From contig CP097974.1 of assembly GCA_023703675.1 (NCBI GenBank), positions 1,072,656 to 1,136,655 on the forward strand: a stretch of 64,000 bases of DNA. The letters are read 5' to 3'. The DNA comes from SAR86 cluster bacterium (GTDB lineage: Bacteria; Pseudomonadota; Gammaproteobacteria; Magnimaribacterales; AG-339-G14). This document shows, one piece after another, positions 52,818-61,087 of the stretch. Every line of letters starts with the position of its first letter. Position 1 is the first letter of the stretch. The notes below the pieces were generated by a model. The model had not been told where the DNA came from. It did no database searches and was given only the letters and a program-made list of their open reading frames with translations. Position numbers and translations under genes: made by a program.

Positions 52818-53672
52818 ATGACTTACGAAAGTTTTGATTTCAAAAAAGAAAATGGAATTGGTCACCTAAAATTGAATAGGGGTGAAGAATTTAACAAGAT
52901 GACTCTTAATTTTTGGTACGAGCTGCCAAGAGTTCTTGATGAAATTAGGAAAGATACATCCTTAAGAGTTTTAGTTCTTTCATCTACCGGAAAACATTTT
53001 TGTGCAGGTATGGATCTTGCCAATTTTGGAACACTCGGGACAGGAGAAGCAAAAAAAGATAACAGGCCAGACAAAGCAAGAATTGGTGAAGGTCTGTATA
53101 GAGTTGCCATGGAACTTCAAGAAAATTTAACAAAATTAGAGAAATTAAGAATTCCTGTTCTCTGCGGTATCCAAGGTGGCTGCATCGGAGGAGGGCTGGA
53201 TATGGCAACTGCAGCAGATATAAGATTTGCAAGCAAAGATGCATTTTTCTGTATCCAAGAAGTAAATATTGGTATGGCTGCTGATATTGGTACTCTCCAG
53301 CGTTTGCCTAGAGTTGTTCCAGAAGGAAAAGTCAGAGAGCTGGCCTACACAGGAAGAAGAATGTATGCCGAAGAATCTTTAGAATGCGGTTTAGTTAACA
53401 AAGTATTCGAGACTCATGAATCCATGTTGGAAGGGATTCAGGAAATGGCAAATGAGATTGCTTCTAAAAGTCCTTTAGCAGTCTATGGAACCAAAGCTGT
53501 TTTAAACTTTTCACGTGATCATTCAATATCAGATGGCCTTGAATATAATGCTCTTTGGAGCGGAGCCATGCTTCCTCAAGAAGATATGGCTGAAGCCATG
53601 ATGTCTAGGGCAGAGAAAAGAGAACCTGAGTTCGAAGATATTTTAGAGATTAAAGAATACGGAAAAAAATAA
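52818..53672 (+). CDS. Enoyl-CoA hydratase/isomerase (crotonase) family protein, dienoyl-CoA isomerase-like
   Basis: LSSTGKHFCAGMDL and CGIQGGCIGGGLDMATAADIRFA are crotonase oxyanion-hole motifs. Confidence 0.85.
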   Translation: MTYESFDFKKENGIGHLKLNRGEEFNKMTLNFWYELPRVLDEIRKDTSLRVLVLSSTGKHFCAGMDLANFGTLGTGEAKKDNRPDKARIGEGLYRVAMELQENLTKLEKLRIPVLCGIQGGCIGGGLDMATAADIRFASKDAFFCIQEVNIGMAADIGTLQRLPRVVPEGKVRELAYTGRRMYAEESLECGLVNKVFETHESMLEGIQEMANEIASKSPLAVYGTKAVLNFSRDHSISDGLEYNALWSGAMLPQEDMAEAMMSRAEKREPEFEDILEIKEYGKK

Positions 53673-53687
53673 AAAATCCTAAGAAAT

Positions 53688-54461
53688 TTAAAGCTTCCTC
53701 AAAAAAACTGGGGAATTGTCTTTAGAAAATTTAGAAGAGAACTTGTAACCTTCATAATCAAACTGTTTTATATCTACTGGATCTTTAATATTGTTGGTCA
53801 TGATAAATCTAGTCATGAGTCCTCTTGCCTTTTTGGCATGAAAGCTGATGATTTTGTAGTCACCATTTTTAAAATCTTTAAAAACAGGAGAAATAATTTC
53901 AGCCTCAACATTATTAGGATCTAGTACAGAAAAGTATTCGTTTGAAGCTAAATTGATTAAAAAATTAGTTTTTTGAATCCTTAAATCTTTGTTAATGGCA
54001 TTAGTCAAATATGGCTTCCAAAACTCATAAAGATTTGAAGAATCTCCAATCTTTAATTTAGTGCCCATTTCCAATCGATAAGGAGCTATCAAATCTAAAG
54101 GTTTTAAAAGTCCATAAAGACCAGACAAGATTCTTAGATATTTTTGAGAGTAATTAACAACATCCTCGTCCAAAGAAGAAATATCTAGGCCTTTATAAAC
54201 ATCTCCTTGAAAAGCAAAAACAGATTGTTTTGAATCAATTCCAGGAGCCGAATCTTGTTTCCAGGTTTGAAATCTTTCAAAATTTAAAAAACCTAAATTT
54301 TCACTAATTTTCATTAGTGATGAAAGCATCTCGGGGTCATAATTTCGCATTTCTTTGACTAGAGATTCTGTTTTATCTATGAATATAGGTTCAGAAAAAC
54401 CAATAGATCCATTCAAAGGAGAATAATCTAAAGTCTTAGCTGGTGATATGACTACTAACAT
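53688..54461 (-). CDS. yaaA: Peroxide stress protein YaaA (UPF0246/DUF328)
   Basis: Canonical N-terminus MLVVISPAKTLDY, hence start trimmed from 54512 to 54461. RILSGLYGLLKPLDLIAPYRLEMG. Confidence 0.88.
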   Translation of the reverse strand: MLVVISPAKTLDYSPLNGSIGFSEPIFIDKTESLVKEMRNYDPEMLSSLMKISENLGFLNFERFQTWKQDSAPGIDSKQSVFAFQGDVYKGLDISSLDEDVVNYSQKYLRILSGLYGLLKPLDLIAPYRLEMGTKLKIGDSSNLYEFWKPYLTNAINKDLRIQKTNFLINLASNEYFSVLDPNNVEAEIISPVFKDFKNGDYKIISFHAKKARGLMTRFIMTNNIKDPVDIKQFDYEGYKFSSKFSKDNSPVFLRKL

Positions 54462-54476
54462 TTTTATATTAAGATT

Positions 54477-54986
54477 TTGATAATGATAAAAAATATTAAC
54501 CAAATTTGCCAATCTATACTAATATTTTTTCCCTCTATTCTTGGCAAGGTAAGTACCTGGTTTATGGTTCTTATGATCTTTTTGACAGCTTACGTTGTTG
54601 TTTCTAGATATGTTTTTGGAATAGGAATATTGAGCCTGCAGGAGCTTATAATTTATTGCCACGGGATCACTTTCCTAGTTTGTTCTGCATATGCTTTAAA
54701 GAAAGATCAACATGTAAGGGTTGATATCTTTTATAGAAAATTTTCCAAAAGAAGAAAAAAAATTATTAATCTTTTTGGAAATATTTTTTTCTTACAGCCA
54801 ATGTTGTGGGTCATTTTAATTTTATCAATCGATTACGTTTCATTTTCTTGGTTGATAAAAGAAACTTCTGCTGAACCTGGAGGTTTGCCATTTGTGTATC
54901 TTTATAAATCAATTATTCTAGTTTCTGCCGTTCTGCTAATTATGCAAAGTTTCGCAAACATTCTTTCTTACTTTAATGATGATTGA
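54477..54986 (+). CDS. dctQ: TRAP transporter small permease (DctQ family)
   Basis: 169 aa, 4 TM. YVVVSRYVFG is DctQ-like. Overlaps dctM by 11 nt. Start is TTG 54477 or ATG 54483. Confidence 0.75.
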   Translation: MIMIKNINQICQSILIFFPSILGKVSTWFMVLMIFLTAYVVVSRYVFGIGILSLQELIIYCHGITFLVCSAYALKKDQHVRVDIFYRKFSKRRKKIINLFGNIFFLQPMLWVILILSIDYVSFSWLIKETSAEPGGLPFVYLYKSIILVSAVLLIMQSFANILSYFNDD

Positions 54987-56337
54987 ATTTCTCCCGCTGT
55001 TATTATTTTTTGTAATTTGTTTGACTCTTCTCTTAGGATTCCCAGTTGCCTTTACCTTGGGAGGTGTTTCCATCCTTTTCGCTTTCGTAGCAAGTATTTT
55101 TGGAGCCTTTGAAATAAACTTGCTTGAAACAATGCCAAATAGACTTTTTGGGATTATGACAAATGCAACGCTCGTTGCCGTGCCATTATTTGTATTTATG
55201 GGTGTTATTTTAGAAAAATCTAAAGTTGCTGAGCTGCTGTTAACTTCCATGTCTAACTTGTTTAGTAGATATAAAAGTGGTCTAGGAATTTCTATCTTAT
55301 TTGTTGGGACTTTACTCGCTGCCAGTACAGGAATTGTTGGCGCAACAGTAATAGCTATGGGCTTAATATCTTTGCCCGCAATGTTAGCAAGGGGTTATTC
55401 TGAAAAAGTATCAACCGGCCTCATTGCTGCAACAGGAACCTTAGGGCAAATAATTCCTCCATCAATTGCATTGGTAATATTGGGAGACGTATTAGCCACT
55501 GCTTATCAACAATCTCAGTTAAAGATTGGTAACTACGTAGCTAAATCTCTTTCGGTTGGTGATTTATTTATGGCAGCTATAATACCTGGTTTAATTTTAG
55601 TATTTTTATACGGCCTCTATTTTGTTTTCTCTTTAAAAAAGGAAGTCTTAACTCTGGATGAAAATCAAAAACACGAAAACTTTTTTGAACTAATCTCAAC
55701 ACTAATCCCTCCTTTCTTTCTTATTTTTGCAGTTCTGGGATCAATTATTACAGGCATTGCTTCTCCCACAGAAGCTGCTGGCATAGGAGCTTTGGGAGCT
55801 ATATTTATTGCTTTAATTCACAAAAGATTAAATTTTAAAATTTTAAAAGAATCTACTACCCAAAGTGCTTTTATATCTTCTATGGTTTTCTTAATTTTAA
55901 TAGGAGCGTCAATTTTTTCTTTAGTTTTCAGGGGACTGGGAGGTGAAGAACTAATAACTGAAATCTTCAATTCCATTCCTGGCGGATTGTTTGGTTCAAT
56001 GATTTTAGTAATGTTTTTAGTTTTTGTCTTAGGATTTATTTTAGACTTCATTGAGATTACCTTTATAGTCGTACCAATCGTTGGGCCGATCTTGATGGCT
56101 ATGGGCGCTGATCCTCTTTGGTTAGGAGTAATGCTCGCAATAAATCTACAAACATCTTTTCTTACTCCTCCTTTTGGATTTGCTTTGTTTTATCTGAGAA
56201 GTGTAACTCCGGAAACCATTAAAACTGAGTCAATTTACAAAGGTGTCTTCCCTTTTATTATGATTCAAATTCTAGTTTTGTGTTTAGTGGCATATTTTCC
56301 TTTACTAGCTACATTACTACCAGAAATAATTTTTTAG
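54976..56337 (+). CDS. dctM: TRAP transporter large permease (DctM family)
   Basis: 453 aa, polytopic. GFPVAFTLGG, VPLFVFMG and LGQIIPPSI are DctM-like motifs. Confidence 0.9.
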   Translation: MMIEFLPLLLFFVICLTLLLGFPVAFTLGGVSILFAFVASIFGAFEINLLETMPNRLFGIMTNATLVAVPLFVFMGVILEKSKVAELLLTSMSNLFSRYKSGLGISILFVGTLLAASTGIVGATVIAMGLISLPAMLARGYSEKVSTGLIAATGTLGQIIPPSIALVILGDVLATAYQQSQLKIGNYVAKSLSVGDLFMAAIIPGLILVFLYGLYFVFSLKKEVLTLDENQKHENFFELISTLIPPFFLIFAVLGSIITGIASPTEAAGIGALGAIFIALIHKRLNFKILKESTTQSAFISSMVFLILIGASIFSLVFRGLGGEELITEIFNSIPGGLFGSMILVMFLVFVLGFILDFIEITFIVVPIVGPILMAMGADPLWLGVMLAINLQTSFLTPPFGFALFYLRSVTPETIKTESIYKGVFPFIMIQILVLCLVAYFPLLATLLPEIIF

Positions 56338-56380
56338 TTCTAACGAAACAAAAGTTTTTTTGTTATATTTAAAAATTGCT

Positions 56381-57469
56381 ATGAAAAAAATTTCTATTTT
56401 TTTAATTATCTTATTAGTTTCTTGCGCTGAAGATCTAAGCCAGAAAGCTAAAGAATATAGTCAAAATAAAATTATCATAGATTCACACATTGACACTCCC
56501 TTTCAGATTTGGCGTCAAAAAAATAATACCGGTGTAAGCGACGACATTACAAAAACAACTTCCTATCACTTTGATTATCCTAGAGCCATAAAGGGCGGTC
56601 TTAATCTTCCTTTTTTTGCAATTTATATTCCAGCAAGAACTGAACCAGAAGGGACCTCTTTCGAATTAGCTTTAGAATTAATAGAAATGATGAACAAAAT
56701 TATTTCAGACAACTCGGATAAATTCACTTTTATAAGAGATCCGTCTGATATTAGTATTTTAGAGAAGAATAAAAATTTAGTAGGAATTGCTTATGGAATT
56801 GAAAATGGAGCTCCTATTGAAGGAAAGTTAGAGAACATAAAATATTTTGCTGATCTCGGAGTCAATTACATTACCTTGGCGCATTCTAAGAGCAACCACA
56901 TATCCGATAGTTCATACGATGAGAATAAAAGATGGAAAGATGGCCTTAGTCCTTTTGGGTTTGAAGTTGTCAAAGAAATGAATAAACAAGGGGTAATGAT
57001 AGATATATCTCACGTATCGGATGCCGCATTCATGAAGGTTTTAGAAATAAGCGAAACTCCAGTTATAGCGACACATAGTTCTTTAAGACACTTTACGCCT
57101 GGTTGGGAGAGAAATGTTTCAGACGAGATGCTAATTGCTTTAGCTAAAAACGATGGAGTACTGCAAATTTGTTTTGGTTCAGGTTTTGTAGCTGACACAA
57201 AGTCAAATCCTGACATGATAGTGACAGTAAAAAATGTAGTGGACAATATTGACCGTGTCAAAAACCTTGTTGGAATTGATCATGTTGGTTTAGGCTCTGA
57301 TTTTGATGGTGAGGTTCCTCTGCCTGAAGATATAAATGATGTCTCTAAGTTTCCAAATCTTATCGAAGAGCTCCTTGTGAGAGGTTATTCAGAGAGTGAA
57401 ATAGACCAAATTCTGAATGGAAATATTCTAAGAGTGTGGAAGGCTGTAAAAGAATTCTCAAAAAGCTGA
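56381..57469 (+). CDS. Membrane dipeptidase (peptidase family M19), lipoprotein
   Basis: Lipobox MKKISIFLIILLVSC, so I prefer the ATG at 56381 over the TTG at 56360. IIDSHIDTPF (HxD), ITLAHSKSN and VGLGSDFDG. Confidence 0.85.
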   Translation: MKKISIFLIILLVSCAEDLSQKAKEYSQNKIIIDSHIDTPFQIWRQKNNTGVSDDITKTTSYHFDYPRAIKGGLNLPFFAIYIPARTEPEGTSFELALELIEMMNKIISDNSDKFTFIRDPSDISILEKNKNLVGIAYGIENGAPIEGKLENIKYFADLGVNYITLAHSKSNHISDSSYDENKRWKDGLSPFGFEVVKEMNKQGVMIDISHVSDAAFMKVLEISETPVIATHSSLRHFTPGWERNVSDEMLIALAKNDGVLQICFGSGFVADTKSNPDMIVTVKNVVDNIDRVKNLVGIDHVGLGSDFDGEVPLPEDINDVSKFPNLIEELLVRGYSESEIDQILNGNILRVWKAVKEFSKS

Positions 57470-57475
57470 TTTCGA

Positions 57476-58687
57476 ATGAAAAACGATTGGACCAAAATCA
57501 GATCTAAAGTAAAAAGTTTTATAGAAGAAGAAATCTATCCGGTTGAAGACAAATTAGCCAACCATTCAAAAGAATCTAAAAAAATATTAAAAAGCATCAC
57601 ACAAATGGCTAAGGATGAGAATATATGGGCCTTAGGTCATCCAAAAGACATAGGTGGTGGAGGCATGCCATTTATGGAATATGTCTACGTAAATGAAGTT
57701 ATTGGAAGATCAACATATGCAAACGTTGGTCTTGGAACCGTATCTCTTCAAGATTCAATCATGTTAAGAGAATTTGCATCAGATAATTGGAGAGAGAAAT
57801 ACCTTGAACCATTAGTTAAAGGTGAAATATTTCCAAGTTTTGGAATGACAGAACCGGATGTTGCTAGTTCTGATCCTACACAACTCAAAACAACTGCTAT
57901 ATTGGAAAATGGAGTTTGGAGAATTAATGGTAGGAAATGGTTTACCACAGGTGCTTCTAGAGCAGCTTACACGACTGTTATGTGTAGAACCGAGTTGGAT
58001 GCCCCAAGTCATGGAGCCTTCAGTATGATAATTGTTCCAACTGATAATCCTGGCTATAAAATCATAAGAGAGACTCCTGTTCTTGGAATAAACGGAGGTC
58101 ACTATGAGGTTGAATATGACAACGTAGAAGTTCCAGAGGAAAATTTGCTAGGTCCTAGGGGACATGGATTTTTGATAGCTCAAAAAAGATTGGGTCCAGG
58201 AAGAATTTTTCATTGCATGAGGTGGCTAGGTCAAGCTCAAAGAGCATTTGATTTACTTTGTTCAAGAATGCATGAAAGAGAAACTTTCGGAACATCGTTA
58301 ACTCAAAAACAACTTCTTCAGAAATTTGTTTTTGACAGTGCGTGTGAAATTCAATCATCTAGGCAACTTACTCTTGACGCTGCAAAAAGAATTGATCAAG
58401 GAGACGATGCAAGAATTGAAATTGGACTTATAAAAGTATTAGGAGCGCAGATGCTCCACAACGTAATTGACAGAGCAATTCAAGTTCATGGCGCCAAGGG
58501 ATTAACAGATGACACACCACTTAGCTTAATGTACAGACATGCCAGAGAGGCTAGAATTTATGACGGGCCAGACGAAGTCCACATTCAGTCAGTTGCTAAA
58601 AGGATTCTCAAGAATTACGCAAATAATGGGTCTGGTTGGGATTTTGGAGAGAGAGATGCTTCACTTCAAAATCAGCAAAATGGATGA
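57476..58687 (+). CDS. Acyl-CoA dehydrogenase
   Basis: FGMTEPDVASSDP, WFTTGA and the C-terminal AREARIYDGPDEVH. 403 aa. Confidence 0.9.
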   Translation: MKNDWTKIRSKVKSFIEEEIYPVEDKLANHSKESKKILKSITQMAKDENIWALGHPKDIGGGGMPFMEYVYVNEVIGRSTYANVGLGTVSLQDSIMLREFASDNWREKYLEPLVKGEIFPSFGMTEPDVASSDPTQLKTTAILENGVWRINGRKWFTTGASRAAYTTVMCRTELDAPSHGAFSMIIVPTDNPGYKIIRETPVLGINGGHYEVEYDNVEVPEENLLGPRGHGFLIAQKRLGPGRIFHCMRWLGQAQRAFDLLCSRMHERETFGTSLTQKQLLQKFVFDSACEIQSSRQLTLDAAKRIDQGDDARIEIGLIKVLGAQMLHNVIDRAIQVHGAKGLTDDTPLSLMYRHAREARIYDGPDEVHIQSVAKRILKNYANNGSGWDFGERDASLQNQQNG

Positions 58688-59639
58688 ACTTAAAAACTTC
58701 TTAGAAGGCCTTCTTAATTCTGAATTTGAAGATTTCTATCCTCTTTCAGGAGGAGCATCAGCAGAAATTTATAATATCGTCTTAAAAAATGGGAAAAAGC
58801 TTGTTCTAAGAAGAACGCCTGAAAAGTCAGAGTCTCGGTTGGCTATTCCAAAAAAAATAGAAGCCAAAGTTCAAAAAATTGTTAAAAAGAATGAGATACC
58901 GGTCCCTGAAATTATTGAAGAATTTGATGAATCAAGCGGAGTTGGAAGTGGCTACATAATGGAGTTTGTTTTAGGAGAAACAATCCCAAGAAAAATTTTA
59001 AGAGACGAAAGGTTCGCCCAAATTAGACCAAACCTTGCATTAAGAATTGGGGAGGTTTTAGCAAAAATTCACCAGACAGATTTAAGTGAAATAAAAGAAT
59101 TGGAAAAAATGACTTTTTATAATTCTCTTAACAAACTTTATGAAGTTTATTCTTCCTTCAACGAACCTCAGCCAGTTTTTGAATATGTTTTCAATTACTT
59201 AGCTAAAGTAAATATAAAGGAAAAAAATAACGTCTTAATTCATGGAGATTACAGATTGGGAAATTTCATAGTCTCAGAAAATTCTATTGAATCTATAATT
59301 GATTGGGAGCTTACACACATTGGCGATCCTTTAGAAGATTTGAGTTGGGTTTGCGTGAAATCCTGGCGATTTGGAAATAATTCTAAAAGGGTTGCTGGTT
59401 TAGGAGACTTAGAAGACTTGATAAAAGGCTATGAATCAATTTCTTCAGAAACAGTGGATCGCTTTGAATTAGATGTATGGCAAATATATGGATCTCTGAG
59501 ATGGGGTGTAATATGTATGATTCAAACTTTTGCTCACCTAAATAGTAATTTAAATTCCATTGAAAAAGCTGCAATCGGAAGAAGAGTCTCTGAAACGGAA
59601 TATGATTTAATGAATATGATTAAAAATAAAGAATTTTGA
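58680..59639 (+). CDS. Phosphotransferase (APH/choline-kinase-like) family protein
   Basis: I prefer the start MDELKNF at 58680 (8-nt overlap with the ACAD gene). The track start at 58539 lies inside the ACAD gene. Catalytic loop IHGDYRLGNFIV. IDWELTHIGDPLEDL. Confidence 0.8.
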   Translation: MDELKNFLEGLLNSEFEDFYPLSGGASAEIYNIVLKNGKKLVLRRTPEKSESRLAIPKKIEAKVQKIVKKNEIPVPEIIEEFDESSGVGSGYIMEFVLGETIPRKILRDERFAQIRPNLALRIGEVLAKIHQTDLSEIKELEKMTFYNSLNKLYEVYSSFNEPQPVFEYVFNYLAKVNIKEKNNVLIHGDYRLGNFIVSENSIESIIDWELTHIGDPLEDLSWVCVKSWRFGNNSKRVAGLGDLEDLIKGYESISSETVDRFELDVWQIYGSLRWGVICMIQTFAHLNSNLNSIEKAAIGRRVSETEYDLMNMIKNKEF

Positions 59640-59986
59640 AAAATTTTTTTGATAGACCAACTAAGGCAGAACTGATTGATGCACTGCACTATTTTATTTT
59701 TGAAGAAATAGATTTCAAAAAACTTGAAAAATTAGACATTTTTAAAGTCAGAATTGCTTTAAATATTTTAAAAATTTTAAAAAGACAAATTAGTGATGAG
59801 AGCAAAATATCTGAAAAATTAAGAGCTCTTAGTAAAAACTTATTTGGTGAAGAAATTTCTTCAAAACAAAATCTAATAGAAAAAATTAAAAAAGAAGATT
59901 TTAATAAAGATTCTATAGAGGAGTTTTTATTCGAACTTTCTTGTGAAAAGTTATCTATAGATAATCCTTCCTATCTAAAAGATTAA
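59636..59986 (+). CDS. Hypothetical protein, DUF6285-like (partner of ACAD-linked phosphotransferases)
   Basis: TTG start in a TTGA junction. The N-terminal DRPTKAELIDALHYFIFEEI resembles the DRPTAAELLEAV start of DUF6285 proteins as I recall them. Confidence 0.45.
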   Translation: MKNFFDRPTKAELIDALHYFIFEEIDFKKLEKLDIFKVRIALNILKILKRQISDESKISEKLRALSKNLFGEEISSKQNLIEKIKKEDFNKDSIEEFLFELSCEKLSIDNPSYLKD

Positions 59987-61087
59987 CTATCTAAGCTCAT
60001 AAATGGCTTCTTCAGAAATTTTATGATAATTGGTGACTCCTTTTTTGAAATCAAGGATCGATCGATACACTTCTGAAGCAAAAACATCTTCTTTAACAAA
60101 TTCCTCCAATACTTCTTTAGAGATTTTTTCCAATTCGTTAAGAACTTCAAGAGGAAACTTTTTTAAGATTACATTATGATCTTTGATCAGTGAAATCAAA
60201 GCTTGATTGTTTCTAGCCGTATACTCATCCAACATGTCTTGGTTCACAGCTCTAGCAGCTGTTCTGACAATCGCTTTCAAATCGTTTGGGAGCTCATTAA
60301 AAGCATCTTGATTGAAAATAAATTCTGTCATTGCTCCAGGTTCCTGCCAACCTGGATAATAATAATATTTAGCCACTTGATGAAATCCAAAAGTTAAATC
60401 ATTGTAAGGGCCTATCCACTCAGCAGCATCTATTACTCCTGTTTGTAGATTCGTAAAAATTTCACTTCCAGGCATTAAAACTGCCTCTCCTCCAGCTCTT
60501 GAAAACACCTCTCCGGCTAGTCCTGGCATTCTTATTCTTATTCCATTTAAGTCTTCTAAAGAGTTAATTTCTTTATTAAACCAACCTCCCATTTGAACTC
60601 CAGTGTTTCCTCCCGCCATCGGAATTAGATTGAATGGTTCATACGCTTTCTCCCAAAGCTCTAACCCTCCAGCATAATGAAGCCAGGCATTTCGCTCTTG
60701 AGCGTTTAAACCAAAAGGAAGAGTGGTAAAAAATTGAGCCACAGGTAATTTCCCAATCCAGTAATATGCTGCTCCATGTCCCATCTCAACCGTGCCTCTT
60801 GAAACTGCATCGAAAACTTCTAAAGCTGGAATAAGCTCACCGTTTCCATAAACTTTAATTTTTAATCTCCCATCACTCATCTCCTCAACTAACTTGGCAA
60901 AATTTTCCGGACCAAGCCCCACTCCCGGATAATTTTTTGGCCAAGTCGTAACCAATGTCCAAGAAAAATTCTTTTTTTCAAGTGATGTTTCATTCTTAGA
61001 TGTATCTTCAGAACATGCGGCGATAAAGAGAAGAACAAAAAAATAAATTAAAGTTTTTCTAAATTCGCAAAGCTTAGTACCAGCCAT
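59987..61087 (-). CDS. dctP: TRAP transporter substrate-binding protein (DctP family), lipoprotein
   Basis: Lipobox LLFIAACSE. TTWPKNYPGVGLGPENFAKLVEEMSDGRLKIKVY and GHGAAYYW are typical of DctP-type solute receptors. The first 40 nt overlap uvrD. Confidence 0.85.
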   Translation of the reverse strand: MAGTKLCEFRKTLIYFFVLLFIAACSEDTSKNETSLEKKNFSWTLVTTWPKNYPGVGLGPENFAKLVEEMSDGRLKIKVYGNGELIPALEVFDAVSRGTVEMGHGAAYYWIGKLPVAQFFTTLPFGLNAQERNAWLHYAGGLELWEKAYEPFNLIPMAGGNTGVQMGGWFNKEINSLEDLNGIRIRMPGLAGEVFSRAGGEAVLMPGSEIFTNLQTGVIDAAEWIGPYNDLTFGFHQVAKYYYYPGWQEPGAMTEFIFNQDAFNELPNDLKAIVRTAARAVNQDMLDEYTARNNQALISLIKDHNVILKKFPLEVLNELEKISKEVLEEFVKEDVFASEVYRSILDFKKGVTNYHKISEEAIYELR

